From assembly GCA_013239625.1 (NCBI GenBank), contig MU053859.1, forward strand, positions 62,001 to 126,000: a stretch of DNA of 64,000 nt, in the 5' to 3' direction. Source of the DNA: Lama guanicoe (lineage: Eukaryota). Positions 54,301 to 64,000 of this stretch are shown piece by piece. Numbering within the stretch: position 1 is the first letter of the stretch; each line of letters begins with the position of its first letter. The position numbers and the translations under genes are program-made. The notes beneath the pieces are model-generated. The model ran no database searches. It had not been told where the DNA came from and saw only the letters and a program-made list of their open reading frames with translations.

Positions 54301-54469
54301 AATAGACTTGGAAGGAAAAATTCTCTTAGTTTGCTCCTAAATTTTCTGTTGGAATAATACTCAAGTTGAATGAGTGAGTCTAGAGATCATTTGGCAGTTT
54401 CAAAGTAACAAAACAAAGGGTAATACCAAAATGCGTACGACCAGATGGGTGTTGTGGGATGAGTCAGTG

Positions 54470-54703
54470 AATTAACCAAGATTTGCAGATACTAACTACT
54501 ATATATAAAATAGATAAACAACAAGTTTATACTGTGTAGCACAGGAAACTATTCACTATCTTGTAGTAACTTATGGTGAAAAGGAATATGAAAATGAATA
54601 TATGTTATGTTCCTATGTGACTGAAGCATTGTGCTGTACACCAGAAATTGGCACAACATTGTAATCTGACTGTACTTCAATAAAAATATTTTTAATTAAA
54701 AAA
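54470..54703 (+). mobile_element. L1 3' UTR fragment
   Basis: gcagatactaactactatatataaaatagataaacaacaag...gtacttcaataaa. Confidence 0.8.
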
Positions 54704-55109
54704 ATGTGATCGGCCAATTATTAAGTGTTTGTGGTCATTCTTTATTTAACAAAAGATAACTTTTTGGCTCTTCCAAGGAGATAAAATTTTGTAGATGCCA
54801 GCAAGCAATAGATTAACGAAAGATCCAGGTACCCATGTGAGAAACTAAGGGCAGGTGGGGAAAAGAAACATAGTGTTAGTCTGATCTAGGTTGTTTTATG
54901 GAGAGTCATACTTTTTTGGCTCCAGTGGAAATATTGTCAATAACTTAGCCTGGGCCAGGGAAAGTAGCCAGGAAACAAAACCAGAGACCAACAGGATAGA
55001 GACGAACAAACATTCATTATTTTAATTAAAAGAGATTTGTTTTTAGAAAGACTAGACTACTTCAACTGTGCTGAACCAAAGACTGCGCAAAAGGGACATG
55101 GGACATTCT

Positions 55110-55900
55110 TTCATTCATTCATCAGACACTGGCTCTAGCACTTTGATTCAGGTCAGTTACTATGTGGTGATACAGAGGTGAATGTATTGATTTCCTTCCA
55201 TCTTGGATCTCGTAGTCCCTTAGAGGAGACAAACATGAACAAAGAGATGTAATTTAATACGGTAAGTTTTATAATACAGTTTGTGGACCCAAAATGGTAG
55301 TCTGAGATTGATGGGGAAGGAAACTAACCCTCCCAAAAGACTTAAAAGAGAAGGTTGTGGGTTTTTGTTTGTTGGGTTGTAAGTTTGTTGAGCTGGGGAG
55401 ACAAGAAGAAGAGGACACATCAGGTGGAGATCTTGGCCTGTCCTCAGGCAGAGGTGAGAGAGAACAAGAGTATTTGAAAAATAAGGGAAAGTTCAGTATG
55501 AAAAGAAGAGAGAGAGAGGAACTGGATACTGTACGTTGACATTTGAAATTGTAAGTCATTCTATGGAGCTTAATTTTTATCCTGGAGATAACAGAAGAAA
55601 AAATTCAGCAGTGAGGCTTATGAATAGAGATGTGTTCTAGAAAAAAACCAGATGTGAGAGTAACATGAAGTTTGAATTGAAAGAAAGGGAAGAGATTGGA
55701 CTGGAGGAAAAGCGATTGGTTAAGAGGCCATCATGCATGTCTGGCTGAGGGGTAATAAGGGACTCAAATATTTAGAAAAATTGAGGAGGGAGAGAAGAAA
55801 ACAAATTAGAGAGACTGATGCATAATTATGACCAATCTTATTTGTGGGTAAAAGGATTCCACAAGTTGGATATGAGTCCCTGTTTTCTGGTTTGAATATT
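55110..55900. mobile_element. L2 fragment
   Basis: tcattcattcatcagacac terminus and purine-rich L2-like body. Confidence 0.5.
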
Positions 55901-56559
55901 TTATGAGAATTGAGAACAGGCTGTCAAATCTCAATCAAATTTACCAACTAAGTTGGACTTAGATGTTGAGAAAAACTAGTAAACCAGTAAGCAGGGAATC
56001 AGAGTCCTGTATTAATCAACTGAGTAACCTTGAATAATTAACTCATTTATGCTTGATCGATTTTCCCTACCTGTAAAATATGGCGGTTGAAACACGGCCT
56101 CTCATCTCTAAAACTATGGCTCTGACTACTCACAAGTCAAATCTTTGTGTTCTTACATATCTTTATCCTCGCAAAGGTGGGTGACTGTACTCTGCAACAC
56201 TTCTTTTTGAAAAACATGACAGGACCAGCATGAAGTGGTGAAGGGAGAAGGAAATTGATAATGCATGCAATAAAGATGAAAAGTTGATATGGACATCATT
56301 TTGAAAAAAAGATGAACCTTACTTCACATACATAATTGTCTGCAACAATTGCCCATAAGGGATGCAAAGAGGCTGAAAGCGGCTCTCTTAGGTAAACTCC
56401 TTAATTTAAAAACCAAAGGAAAAAGTTTTAAGAGATTGATTTAAAAAACAAAAACAAAAACAGACCACTGGCAGACTGAGCAGATTCGAGCAGGAGAAAT
56501 CAAGAAGTGCTCTAGCAAACTGTGATCTGTGAATCACTGGCCCAATTTAGTTTCTTCTT

Positions 56560-56863
56560 GCAGAGCGGCCTTCTGCGGTGCAGCTTTCTGGTTTCTGGAA
56601 GTCCAGAGTACTTCCCTTGACTCAGCCAGCAGGGAGCTCCAGCCAATGGGGAAATGGCAGTGAACTGAGTGGTCAGGCTGACACTCTGGTGACTCTGACG
56701 TCTCCCGGAGAAGAGGTTCTAGAGTAGCAGTTCCCGGTTCAGTCTGGACCCGAGGACACACAGATAACAGAGACAAGCAGGAGGCTGGCAGCCTGACGCA
56801 GAGCCACGGAGTTGCCAGCTGCTATCAGACAGTGCTTGTCCGACACAGCACAGACCGGTAAGT
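56560..56863 (+). promoter_or_regulatory. Candidate distal promoter and non-coding first exon of the CLEC2-like gene
   Basis: RUNX TGCGGT ~56574, AP-1 TGACTCA 56618-56624, CCAAT 56643, CRE-like TGACGTCT 56696, ATG-free segment ending in donor CCG|gtaagt at 56858. Confidence 0.5.
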
Positions 56864-57043
56864 GAGCCAGGGTTTGGGGTACAGTTTGTAGTAGAGAGAG
56901 CATTAGTGGTGCACAAGCAAAAGTGATGGCTTTAAGATAGCGTATAAGCTTTGGGGATGGTTTGTGCTACAGGTAGTCTTGAATAGAATAATCTAGCCAT
57001 AGTTTCCCCTAATCTCTCTCTGTCTCTAATGTGTGTACATGTA

Positions 57044-57084
57044 TACACACACACACAAACACACACACACACACACACACACAC
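57044..57084. repeat. (AC)n microsatellite
   Basis: Direct reading, one interruption. Confidence 0.95.
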
Positions 57085-57449
57085 GAGACTGGCTCCCGAA
57101 ATAATTGTTTGGAAGCTGCAAAACAATATTCATACAGTCAAAAGCGCAACATACAAAATTAGAGACAACTCTATACCTTATAGTCCACCTTTAAAAAATG
57201 TTAACCTGTTGCTTTTTGTCTGCCTCTCAAGGAGATGCCTTTGGAATACAGGCTGCCACGTGTTCATCCTCACTTATGCCGGGTAACCTTAGGCAGTTAC
57301 AATCATCTTAGCACGATGCTAATAGCACAACACTTTTGTTATGTTTGTTGCTGAACTTGAGGTCTGCTTCCTATATCTGGAAGTAAAAGTTCCGCCTATG
57401 AGAAGGCTTGTGGCAGCCCTCCTGACTAGCGAGAGGCCAGAGGGGAGAG

Positions 57450-57680
57450 CAGAGCGGTTGAATGCCCAGAGCTGATCTCTGCCACGCATTAGCTGTATTA
57501 CTCCAAGAAAGCTTTGTAACCTCTCTGCTACTTGAAGGATGTTGCCTCCTCCATAAATCAGTGATAAAAATAAGCCCCTATTTGATCACGTTATGGTGAG
57601 TTTAAATTAAATCATAAAAGTTAAGCACTTAGAACTAGGCTTACCATCAAGGAAACACAATAAATATTAGATATGATTCC
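57450..57680 (+). mobile_element. MIR SINE
   Basis: ctctgccacgcattagctgt...taacctctctg...taagcacttagaac...caataaatattag. Confidence 0.6.
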
Positions 57681-57994
57681 TTCTGTTATTGTTATTGTTA
57701 GTTATTGTTATTACTGCTACTACTACTACTAAAGCAAAATCATGTTCTTTCCCTGAAGTCTAAGTTGCTGTTTAACCCCCAGATCTTTCCCGTTGGACCT
57801 GTAGTGGTCAAATTAACTAAGAGTTTTGGTAGGTCATGGTGATGACCTGAAGACTCAATCAATCTGTTGGCTTCATAAACCACTGAACCTCACTTCCTTT
57901 CTACCAAATGCAACCGTCAGAAGAATCATGTCAGTCACCCACCACCTGCAGAAGCTCCACAAAGTGCAGTGAGAGAGAATGAGTTTTGGAAGCA

Positions 57995-58165
57995 ATGCGC
58001 CAAAAAGGAAGGCGCTAGGTGCGCGGTCAGACCTCCGGGCGGTCAGCGCCTCCATGGTCTGCGGACTAGCGCGCCGTTCCCACTGCGGGTCGCCGGGACG
58101 CGGTCCTCGCGCTGCGGGCTGTCTTCCTTCCTCTGCCGAAGTAAATCCAGGAAGTGGGCAGGGAC
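57995..58165. promoter_or_regulatory. Small CpG-rich island just upstream of the CLEC2-like start codon
   Basis: Dense CpGs (gcgcggtcagacctccgggcggtcagcgcc...gcgggtcgccgggacgcgg) in an otherwise CpG-poor window; ETS CAGGAAGT near 58148. Confidence 0.65.
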
Positions 58166-58217
58166 CTAGAATCCCGTGTGTTCTCTCCAGTTTGTGTTTT
58201 CTTACTTAGAAGGAGAC

Positions 58218-58266
58218 ATGGATAATCAGAGAAGGCCGATGAATGCAGGAGATTCCCAGTCTTCAG
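58218..58266 (+). CDS. CLEC2-like gene coding exon 1 (cytoplasmic)
   Basis: Strong Kozak context gacATGg; MDNQRRPMNAGDSQSS; phase-1 donor G|gtaaga compatible with the next exon. Confidence 0.7.
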
Positions 58267-61200
58267 GTAAGAAGCACGGGTCTGAGGGCGCTGGGTGCTC
58301 TGTGTGTAGGAAACAGACTTGCATTTGGTGAGTCCCTGCTCTCGGTTTTGAGAGTCAGTGCCTCACATTCTTCATCTTTTTTCTTATCCATGTCAAATGA
58401 CTTCCAGCTAAGTATCCGAGGGAGCTTAAAAACAGTATAAATAAATCCATACCGTGTGAATAAAAGCTGCCTGATTTTTGAACTATTTTAATACCTTCAT
58501 TTAGATAAAATTGACATACATTTAGGGGGGAGGGTAGAGCTCAGTGATAGAGCACATGCTTAGCAAGCACGAGGTCCTGGGTTCAATCCCCAGTACTTCC
58601 ATTTTTAAAACAATAATAAATAAATAAATCTAATTATTCCTCCCCCCAATTTTAAAAAAAAATAAAATACACATATTTAAAGTATGCAACTTGATAAATT
58701 TTGACATGCATGATGTACACCCATGAAACCACAAAGACATTCAAGATGATGAACATATCCATCAATACCAAGTGTTTTCTAATACCTCATTATAGTATTT
58801 TTCTATTGCCACTTTCAGCATGCCCTCCTTGATTCAACCACAGGTCAGCTTCCAGTCACTATAGACAGACTTGCATTTTCTGGAATTTTATATCGATGGA
58901 ATCATGCAATATATAATCATTTCTCTTTGGCCTCTTTTATTTAGCATAATTATTTTAAAATTCTTTCCTGTTGTTGTAGGTATCAATAGGTCATTTCATT
59001 TTTATTGCTGACTGCTAGTCCCTCATATAGATATACCATAGTCTATTTATTTTTTCAGCCATTAATGAATATTTGAATTGTTTCTAGTTTGGGATTACTA
59101 CAAAATAAGCCTCTATAAAAACGTGTGCACCAGCCTTTGTATGGACACACTCTTCCATTTCTTTTGGGGAAATACCTATGAACAGAATGGGCAAATCATA
59201 TAGTAGGTGTATATTTAACTTTTTAAGAAATGTCTGCACTGCCTCCCATAATGGTTGTGCCCTTTACATTTCCACTGACAATGGTTGAGACTCCCAGGTC
59301 TTCCATATTCTCACCAACACTTAGTATGGTCAGACGTTCTAATTTTACTAATTCTAATAGGTAGGTAGTAGCTCCTAAATCTGGTTTTAATTTGCATTTG
59401 CTTTATAATTATTGATGACGAGCATCTTTTGATGTCAAATTTGCCTTCTATATAACTTACTTCATGAAGTGCCTGTTACACCCTGTTGGTCACATGTTTT
59501 GTTGTGTTGTTTGTTTTCTTATGAAGTATTGAGAGTTCTTTATGTATTCTGGACACAAGACTTTTATCAGACATCAAACTTGCAAATATTTCTCCAGGCT
59601 CTGGCTTGTCTTTTCATTTTGTTAAAACTGTCTTTTGAAGAGCCTAAGTTATTAATTTTTACAAGTCCAATTTATTACTTTTAATAGACCATGTTTTGGG
59701 GGCTGGATTGAAGAAATCTTTCTCTAATCCAAAATAACGAAGAATTTTTCCCATGTTTTTTTCTAAAAATGTTATAGTTTGAAGTATTACATTTATTTCT
59801 ATGATCCTTTTTGAATTAATTTTTATATATGGAATGTGGTGTGGATCAAAATCTTTTTTTGTACATGGATTCCAATTCTTCCAGTACTGTTTATCAAAAT
59901 GACTATTCTTTTTGGCCTCTCTCTGGTCTCCACACATGTTGGGTCTATTTCCAGACTATTTGTCTATTTTTCATACCAGTACCATGCTATGTTGACAACT
60001 GTGGCTTTATAATAAATCTTAAAACCCAGTAATGTTTGTCCTCAAACTTAGTTCTTTTTTGAAACTGGCTATTCTAATTCCTTTGCATTTTAATATGAAT
60101 TTTAGAAATAGCTTGCCTATTTCTACCAAAAAAGCCTGCTGAGAATTTTGTTTGGGATTGTGATGAATCTGGGTAGAACAGACATCGTAACAGTATTTTG
60201 TCTTCTGACTCCTGGGAACAGTATCTCTCCATTTATTTATGTCTTCAGTTTCAACAATGTTTTGTAGTCTTTAGTGTACATGTTTTATATATCTTTTTTC
60301 AGATTTATCCACAAGTATTTAATATTTTATGCTACTATAAATGGTATATTTTAATTTCCTATTGATAAATGCAAGTATATAGAAATATGGTTGGTTTATA
60401 TATATTGATCTTGAATCTTACAACACTCTAAGCTCACTTATTAGTAATGAAGAGCTGATTTAATTTTTCTATAGGAGATGTTATCTCTTCCAACCTTACC
60501 ATAGAGTCACACGAACCCCCAAAAGGGAATAAAAAGAAACCTTGTGTCTATAAAATCATCGCTATCGTCATCTTCCTGGTGATCCTGATAATTACACTGG
60601 CCACAGTTTTAGCAGGTGAGTTGAGTTGTCCATTTCCCAAATATGTTCATGTTAACCCTCCTCTAAAATATTTGGTCATACATGTATGTTTCATACTTCA
60701 GCTGAAGACTAAGGATAATTTCAGACATCTTTGTACATGGCATAAGCATATGATTCTTCTTCTATAACATGAAGATTATAGCATTCCTAAATACTATGAA
60801 GAAAAAAACTAACTTAATGTATATGAAATTCCTTTTAAGCCAGTGTCGCTTATAGTCCTTACGAGGTAAGGAACTTGTGGTAAAATGTAAATCCCCACAC
60901 TGCTTTTTTCATCCAAAGGGTCTTATTATGGGAAAAAACAACAAAAAACAGAAGAAACAGACAGCATATTTGGCGACATAGTTAGTTAACAACGAACTAT
61001 GAGGGTCTATCTCGCTGTGGACTGGCAGCAGGCAGTGTGTGGAACAGTGTCTAGCAGTGGACTGACTACTTTGAAAATTGAGTTCAATAATGTATATGAA
61101 ATTCCTTTTAAGCCAGTGTCACTTACAGTCCTTACGAGGTAAGGAACTTGTGGTAAAATGTGAATCACCACACTGCTTTTTTCATCCAAAGGGTCTTATT

Positions 61201-63483
61201 ATGGGAAAAAAAAAAAACAGAAGAAACAGACAGCATATCTGGCGACATAGTTAGTTAACAATGTACTATGAGGTTCTATCTCGCTGTGGACTGGCGGCAG
61301 GCACTGTGTGGAACAGTGTCTAGCAGTGGACTGACTACTTTGAAAATTGAGTTCAAGGTGCACAACATTTGATTTCTCTCTGATTGTGTGACTTGCAATG
61401 ATGAGGTCAAATTTCCAAGCTGTCCTCATAATTCACAAGCGTAGGGATGAGTTATAGGGAATTAGACAAGAAAAAAGTGTTCCTGTCTTAATAACCAACT
61501 TTTTTACACTAGATTACCTTTAGGTTCTAAAAACAGCCTTGTACACATCTCCTTCATGATAGTAAACTATGGACATACCTTCTACAGATAGCTCAAATTA
61601 TTTTAATAAGATGTTTGAAAATATATATAAGTATGTATGTGTATAGATGCACATGTATAAATGTTATATGATTTAGACATCAATGTTTTATAAATGTGTA
61701 TAAAATATGTACATGTGTAAAGTAATTTATAGAAATTAATGTGCCTACATATTATGTAGACACATATACATAAATGTACATATACATATAAATGAATTTG
61801 TATGGTGTAGACATATTAATCAAGCTTATTCTATGAACTATGCATTAGGAGATACATGAATACATTATATCTGTGATTATACTGTCTATATCAACTTAAT
61901 AATATCAGTACATACATGATAGTCAACACCATGAAAATGAGGGTCCAAACCCTTTGGGTTGAAGGGCTAACCTGGTGAATTGTATTCATGGGGATAATTG
62001 TTTTAAGTTAAGGGATTGCCACCCCCCAGGGAATTAATCTATTATTCGATCGTTTTTAGTTGAAAAGCACAAATCTTCCACGGAACACGTGTCATGCTTG
62101 GATGGCTGGATTGGCTACCTAGGAAAGTGCTTCTATTTTTCTGAAAATACAACCACCTGGGCAGCAAGTCAGAACTTCTGTGCCGCTCACGCTGCAAACC
62201 TCGCTGTGTTCAACACCACCAAAGAGCTGGTGAGGCAATGCTTTGGAACTGTGGTTGTGTTTACAGAGGTTACAGCTGATGGGAGAGTGGAAATGGTCCA
62301 AAGAAGACCCTCTCACGAAGCAGAGGAGGCCCCACTTTCCATGTCAGCTTAAACCATAGAAAGAACTCACATCAGGTCAGATCACATTCATGTCACAGGT
62401 CAGGTCAGATCAAATCATGGTACGAGTTATCAGGCAACATTCAGGAGATGACTTTCCCCACTTGACTTTTCAACTGGGGGTAGGTGTATTTAGAAACAAG
62501 GCATACACTAGGCCTTTTCCCTAAGCCCTACATAAAGCTATTTAAATACTGCTGCCCACTAGAATGACCCCAACTGTTCTTCAAAGATGTTCAGCCACAT
62601 AATTACCCAGCTGTACATTTTCAAGAGAAATTACGGCTCCCAACCCCAGGGAAAGTCCAAAATCACAGTTCAGAATTGAGAAGTTCTAACAAAGCCCCCA
62701 GTCATGATTAACAGTTGTTCATCTACTAAGTTCATGCTAAATGAAAGTTGCCTTTTGTGAGACTACATGAAAGAAATAATAAACAGAGAGTCATAGCAGA
62801 CTGTTTGTCAGAGATGCTGGGAAGAATTAATAAATGAGTCATTATAGCCAAGACGATCTGGGAGCTCTGGGGCACAGAAAAGAGTGAATAGAAAACCTTA
62901 AATGTATACAATACAAATTGCCCAAAACAGAAATAATTGAGACGTAGAATGTCAGAGATGGTAAGAGACAGAAAGGTTAAGACTAAGGAGCATAAGGGTA
63001 TATTTATTATTTATAGAAAACGTACTCTACCAGGAATGGGCAGAAGAGAGATTCTCCCATCCTAAAAGGCACCAAACCTAGAAAGATTTACTGACAAGTT
63101 TAATCGCGCTTTCACAGAAAAAAAAAAAAAACTTCTGTTTTACAAAAACTTCTTTAGAAAACAGAAAAGAGAGGAAGCTAACCAATGCAATTTACTACAG
63201 AAGTTGTTACCGAAGTAACACAACCCCTGACCTTACCATGAACCAGATAGTCACCTTTAAGATCTTTCCCAAGTCTGAAAGTCTGCACTTTAATAAAAGT
63301 ATATTGAAGTAGACTGAAAAAAAAAAACCCAAGAGAATGAGGGCTTTGCTATTCATTCTGTAAATATTCTATATTAAAGAATTTCCTGAAGCGATATTCT
63401 GACCATTCTCAGTATTGGATTGGACTGAGGCGAAAACCAGGGCAGACTTGGCAGTGGATAGATGGGACCGTATACAGTGGTTG
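58218..63483 (+). CDS. CD69-like / CLEC2-family type II C-type lectin-like gene, 3'-partial: join(58218..58266,60475..60615,62060..62229,63380..63483); last exon beyond window
   Basis: Open spliced frame with GT-AG introns and intron phases 1,1,0,2 as in CD69: MDNQRRPMNAGDSQSSGDVISSNLTIESHEPPKGNKKKPCVYKIIAIVIFLVILIITLATVLAVEKHKSSTEHVSCLDGWIGYLGKCFYFSENTTTWAASQNFCAAHAANLAVFNTTKELNFLKRYSDHSQYWIGLRRKPGQTWQWIDGTVYSG(W). It has CxxxWIGYxxKCFYFS, FLKRY and WIGL motifs and one TM helix. Confidence 0.88.
58525..58630 (+). mobile_element. tRNA-derived SINE (camelid Vic-type by recollection)
   Basis: gggggagggtagagctcagtgatagagc (A box) ... gtcctgggttcaatccccagtac (B box), then A-rich tail. Confidence 0.85.
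58670..60445 (-). mobile_element. Old antisense L1 filling most of the first coding intron of the CLEC2-like gene
   Basis: L1 3' UTR/ORF2 antisense motifs (gttttaatttgcattt, gaattttagaaatagcttg, cagatttatcc). Confidence 0.8.
60475..60615 (+). CDS. CLEC2-like gene coding exon 2 (transmembrane)
   Basis: tttttctatag| acceptor; basic KKK then hydrophobic IIAIVIFLVILIITLATVLA; donor G|gtgagt; 141 nt. Confidence 0.88.
60815..61356. repeat. Direct tandem duplication of ~270 bp (copies 60815-61087 and 61088-61356)
   Basis: Both copies begin taatgtatatgaaattccttttaagccagtgtc and end ttgaaaattgagttcaa, with scattered substitutions and small indels. Confidence 0.95.
62060..62229 (+). CDS. CLEC2-like gene coding exon 3 (short stalk and CTLD start)
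   Basis: tttttag| acceptor; SCLDGWIGYLGKCFYFSE...SQNFC; donor |gtgagg; 170 nt. Confidence 0.93.
63380..63483 (+). CDS. CLEC2-like gene coding exon 4 (CTLD, WIGL)
   Basis: ttaaag| acceptor; NFLKRYSDHSQYWIGLRRKPGQTWQWIDG; donor TG|gtaagt; 104 nt, same length as CD69 exon 4. Confidence 0.93.
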
Positions 63484-64000
63484 GTAAGTCCTGGGTATAT
63501 AATTTACACACCTAAAGCTGGGGCTCAGAGCCTTTCCCACCATGGAGAGATCTGAGTTATAATCCACATCCACCGTTCTCCTGGAAACTTCCTTTGTGGT
63601 GGAGAATAAAATGAGCTCAGAGAAAAAGTCATACTGCAAGTTGTAATACAAATGATTTAATGTCTGTCATCTTCCAAAGGTGATGCTTCAACATGATTAT
63701 ATCATCTAACCTCCACAGCAGCTGTGAGGGGTGCATAGATTTACCTCTGTTTTACAGATGAAAAAAATCGGCGTTCAAAGATGTTGAATAATTAGATTAT
63801 CTTAGAATAATCTGCCCTTCTCCATCATATAGGGTATTGTTGTTTTGAGTTTATAAAGCTACCTTTTTAGGGCAACAAAACATACGAATTCAGTTTGCTT
63901 TATGTCCAAACAATGTGGTGTTGGGTTAGAGTAAAATCTCACACCAGAGGAAATTTTTTCTCTAGCCATTCCCATCAGTATCCATTCATTCTGTGCCCCC

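Noticed and set aside
58525..58600. tRNA gene
   Set aside because: A/B boxes with an A-rich tail and diverged copies elsewhere indicate a SINE
60540..60560. CVYKII as an ITIM in the paralog
   Set aside because: The -2 residue is Cys, not S/I/V/L, and the motif abuts the TM helix
58218..63483. Naming the second gene CLECL1 or CLEC2D
   Set aside because: The sequence does not match CLECL1 as I recall it, and CLEC2D orthology cannot be shown without a phylogeny; symbol left empty
63484..64000. Exon 5 of the paralog
   Set aside because: No acceptor followed by a Cys-containing CTLD C-terminal frame was found; presumed beyond the window

Overview
Mammalian genomic DNA from the natural-killer gene complex (C-type lectin cluster). 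The tRNA-derived SINEs and L1 3' ends suggest a camelid (inference). The window contains a complete five-exon CD69 gene (+ strand, CDS 26394-33193, 199 aa) with its promoter, an upstream enhancer-like motif cluster and a regulatory 3' UTR. About 25 kb downstream, in the same orientation, are the first four coding exons of an apparently intact, unnamed CD69/CLEC2-family type II lectin-like gene (58218-63483; last exon outside the window). The rest is mostly L1, L2, MIR, LTR and SINE repeats, microsatellites and a 690-N gap. Main observations: this CD69 has Tyr in place of the conserved disulfide Cys96; the paralog lacks the stalk cysteine and seems to have an upstream non-coding exon and two promoters; CTCF-like motifs and a compact NF-kB/RUNX/CRE module lie between the genes; and the paralog has a diverged ~270-bp intronic tandem duplication. 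I see no evidence of a wholly new class of system. Repeat subfamily names and most repeat boundaries are by-eye estimates.
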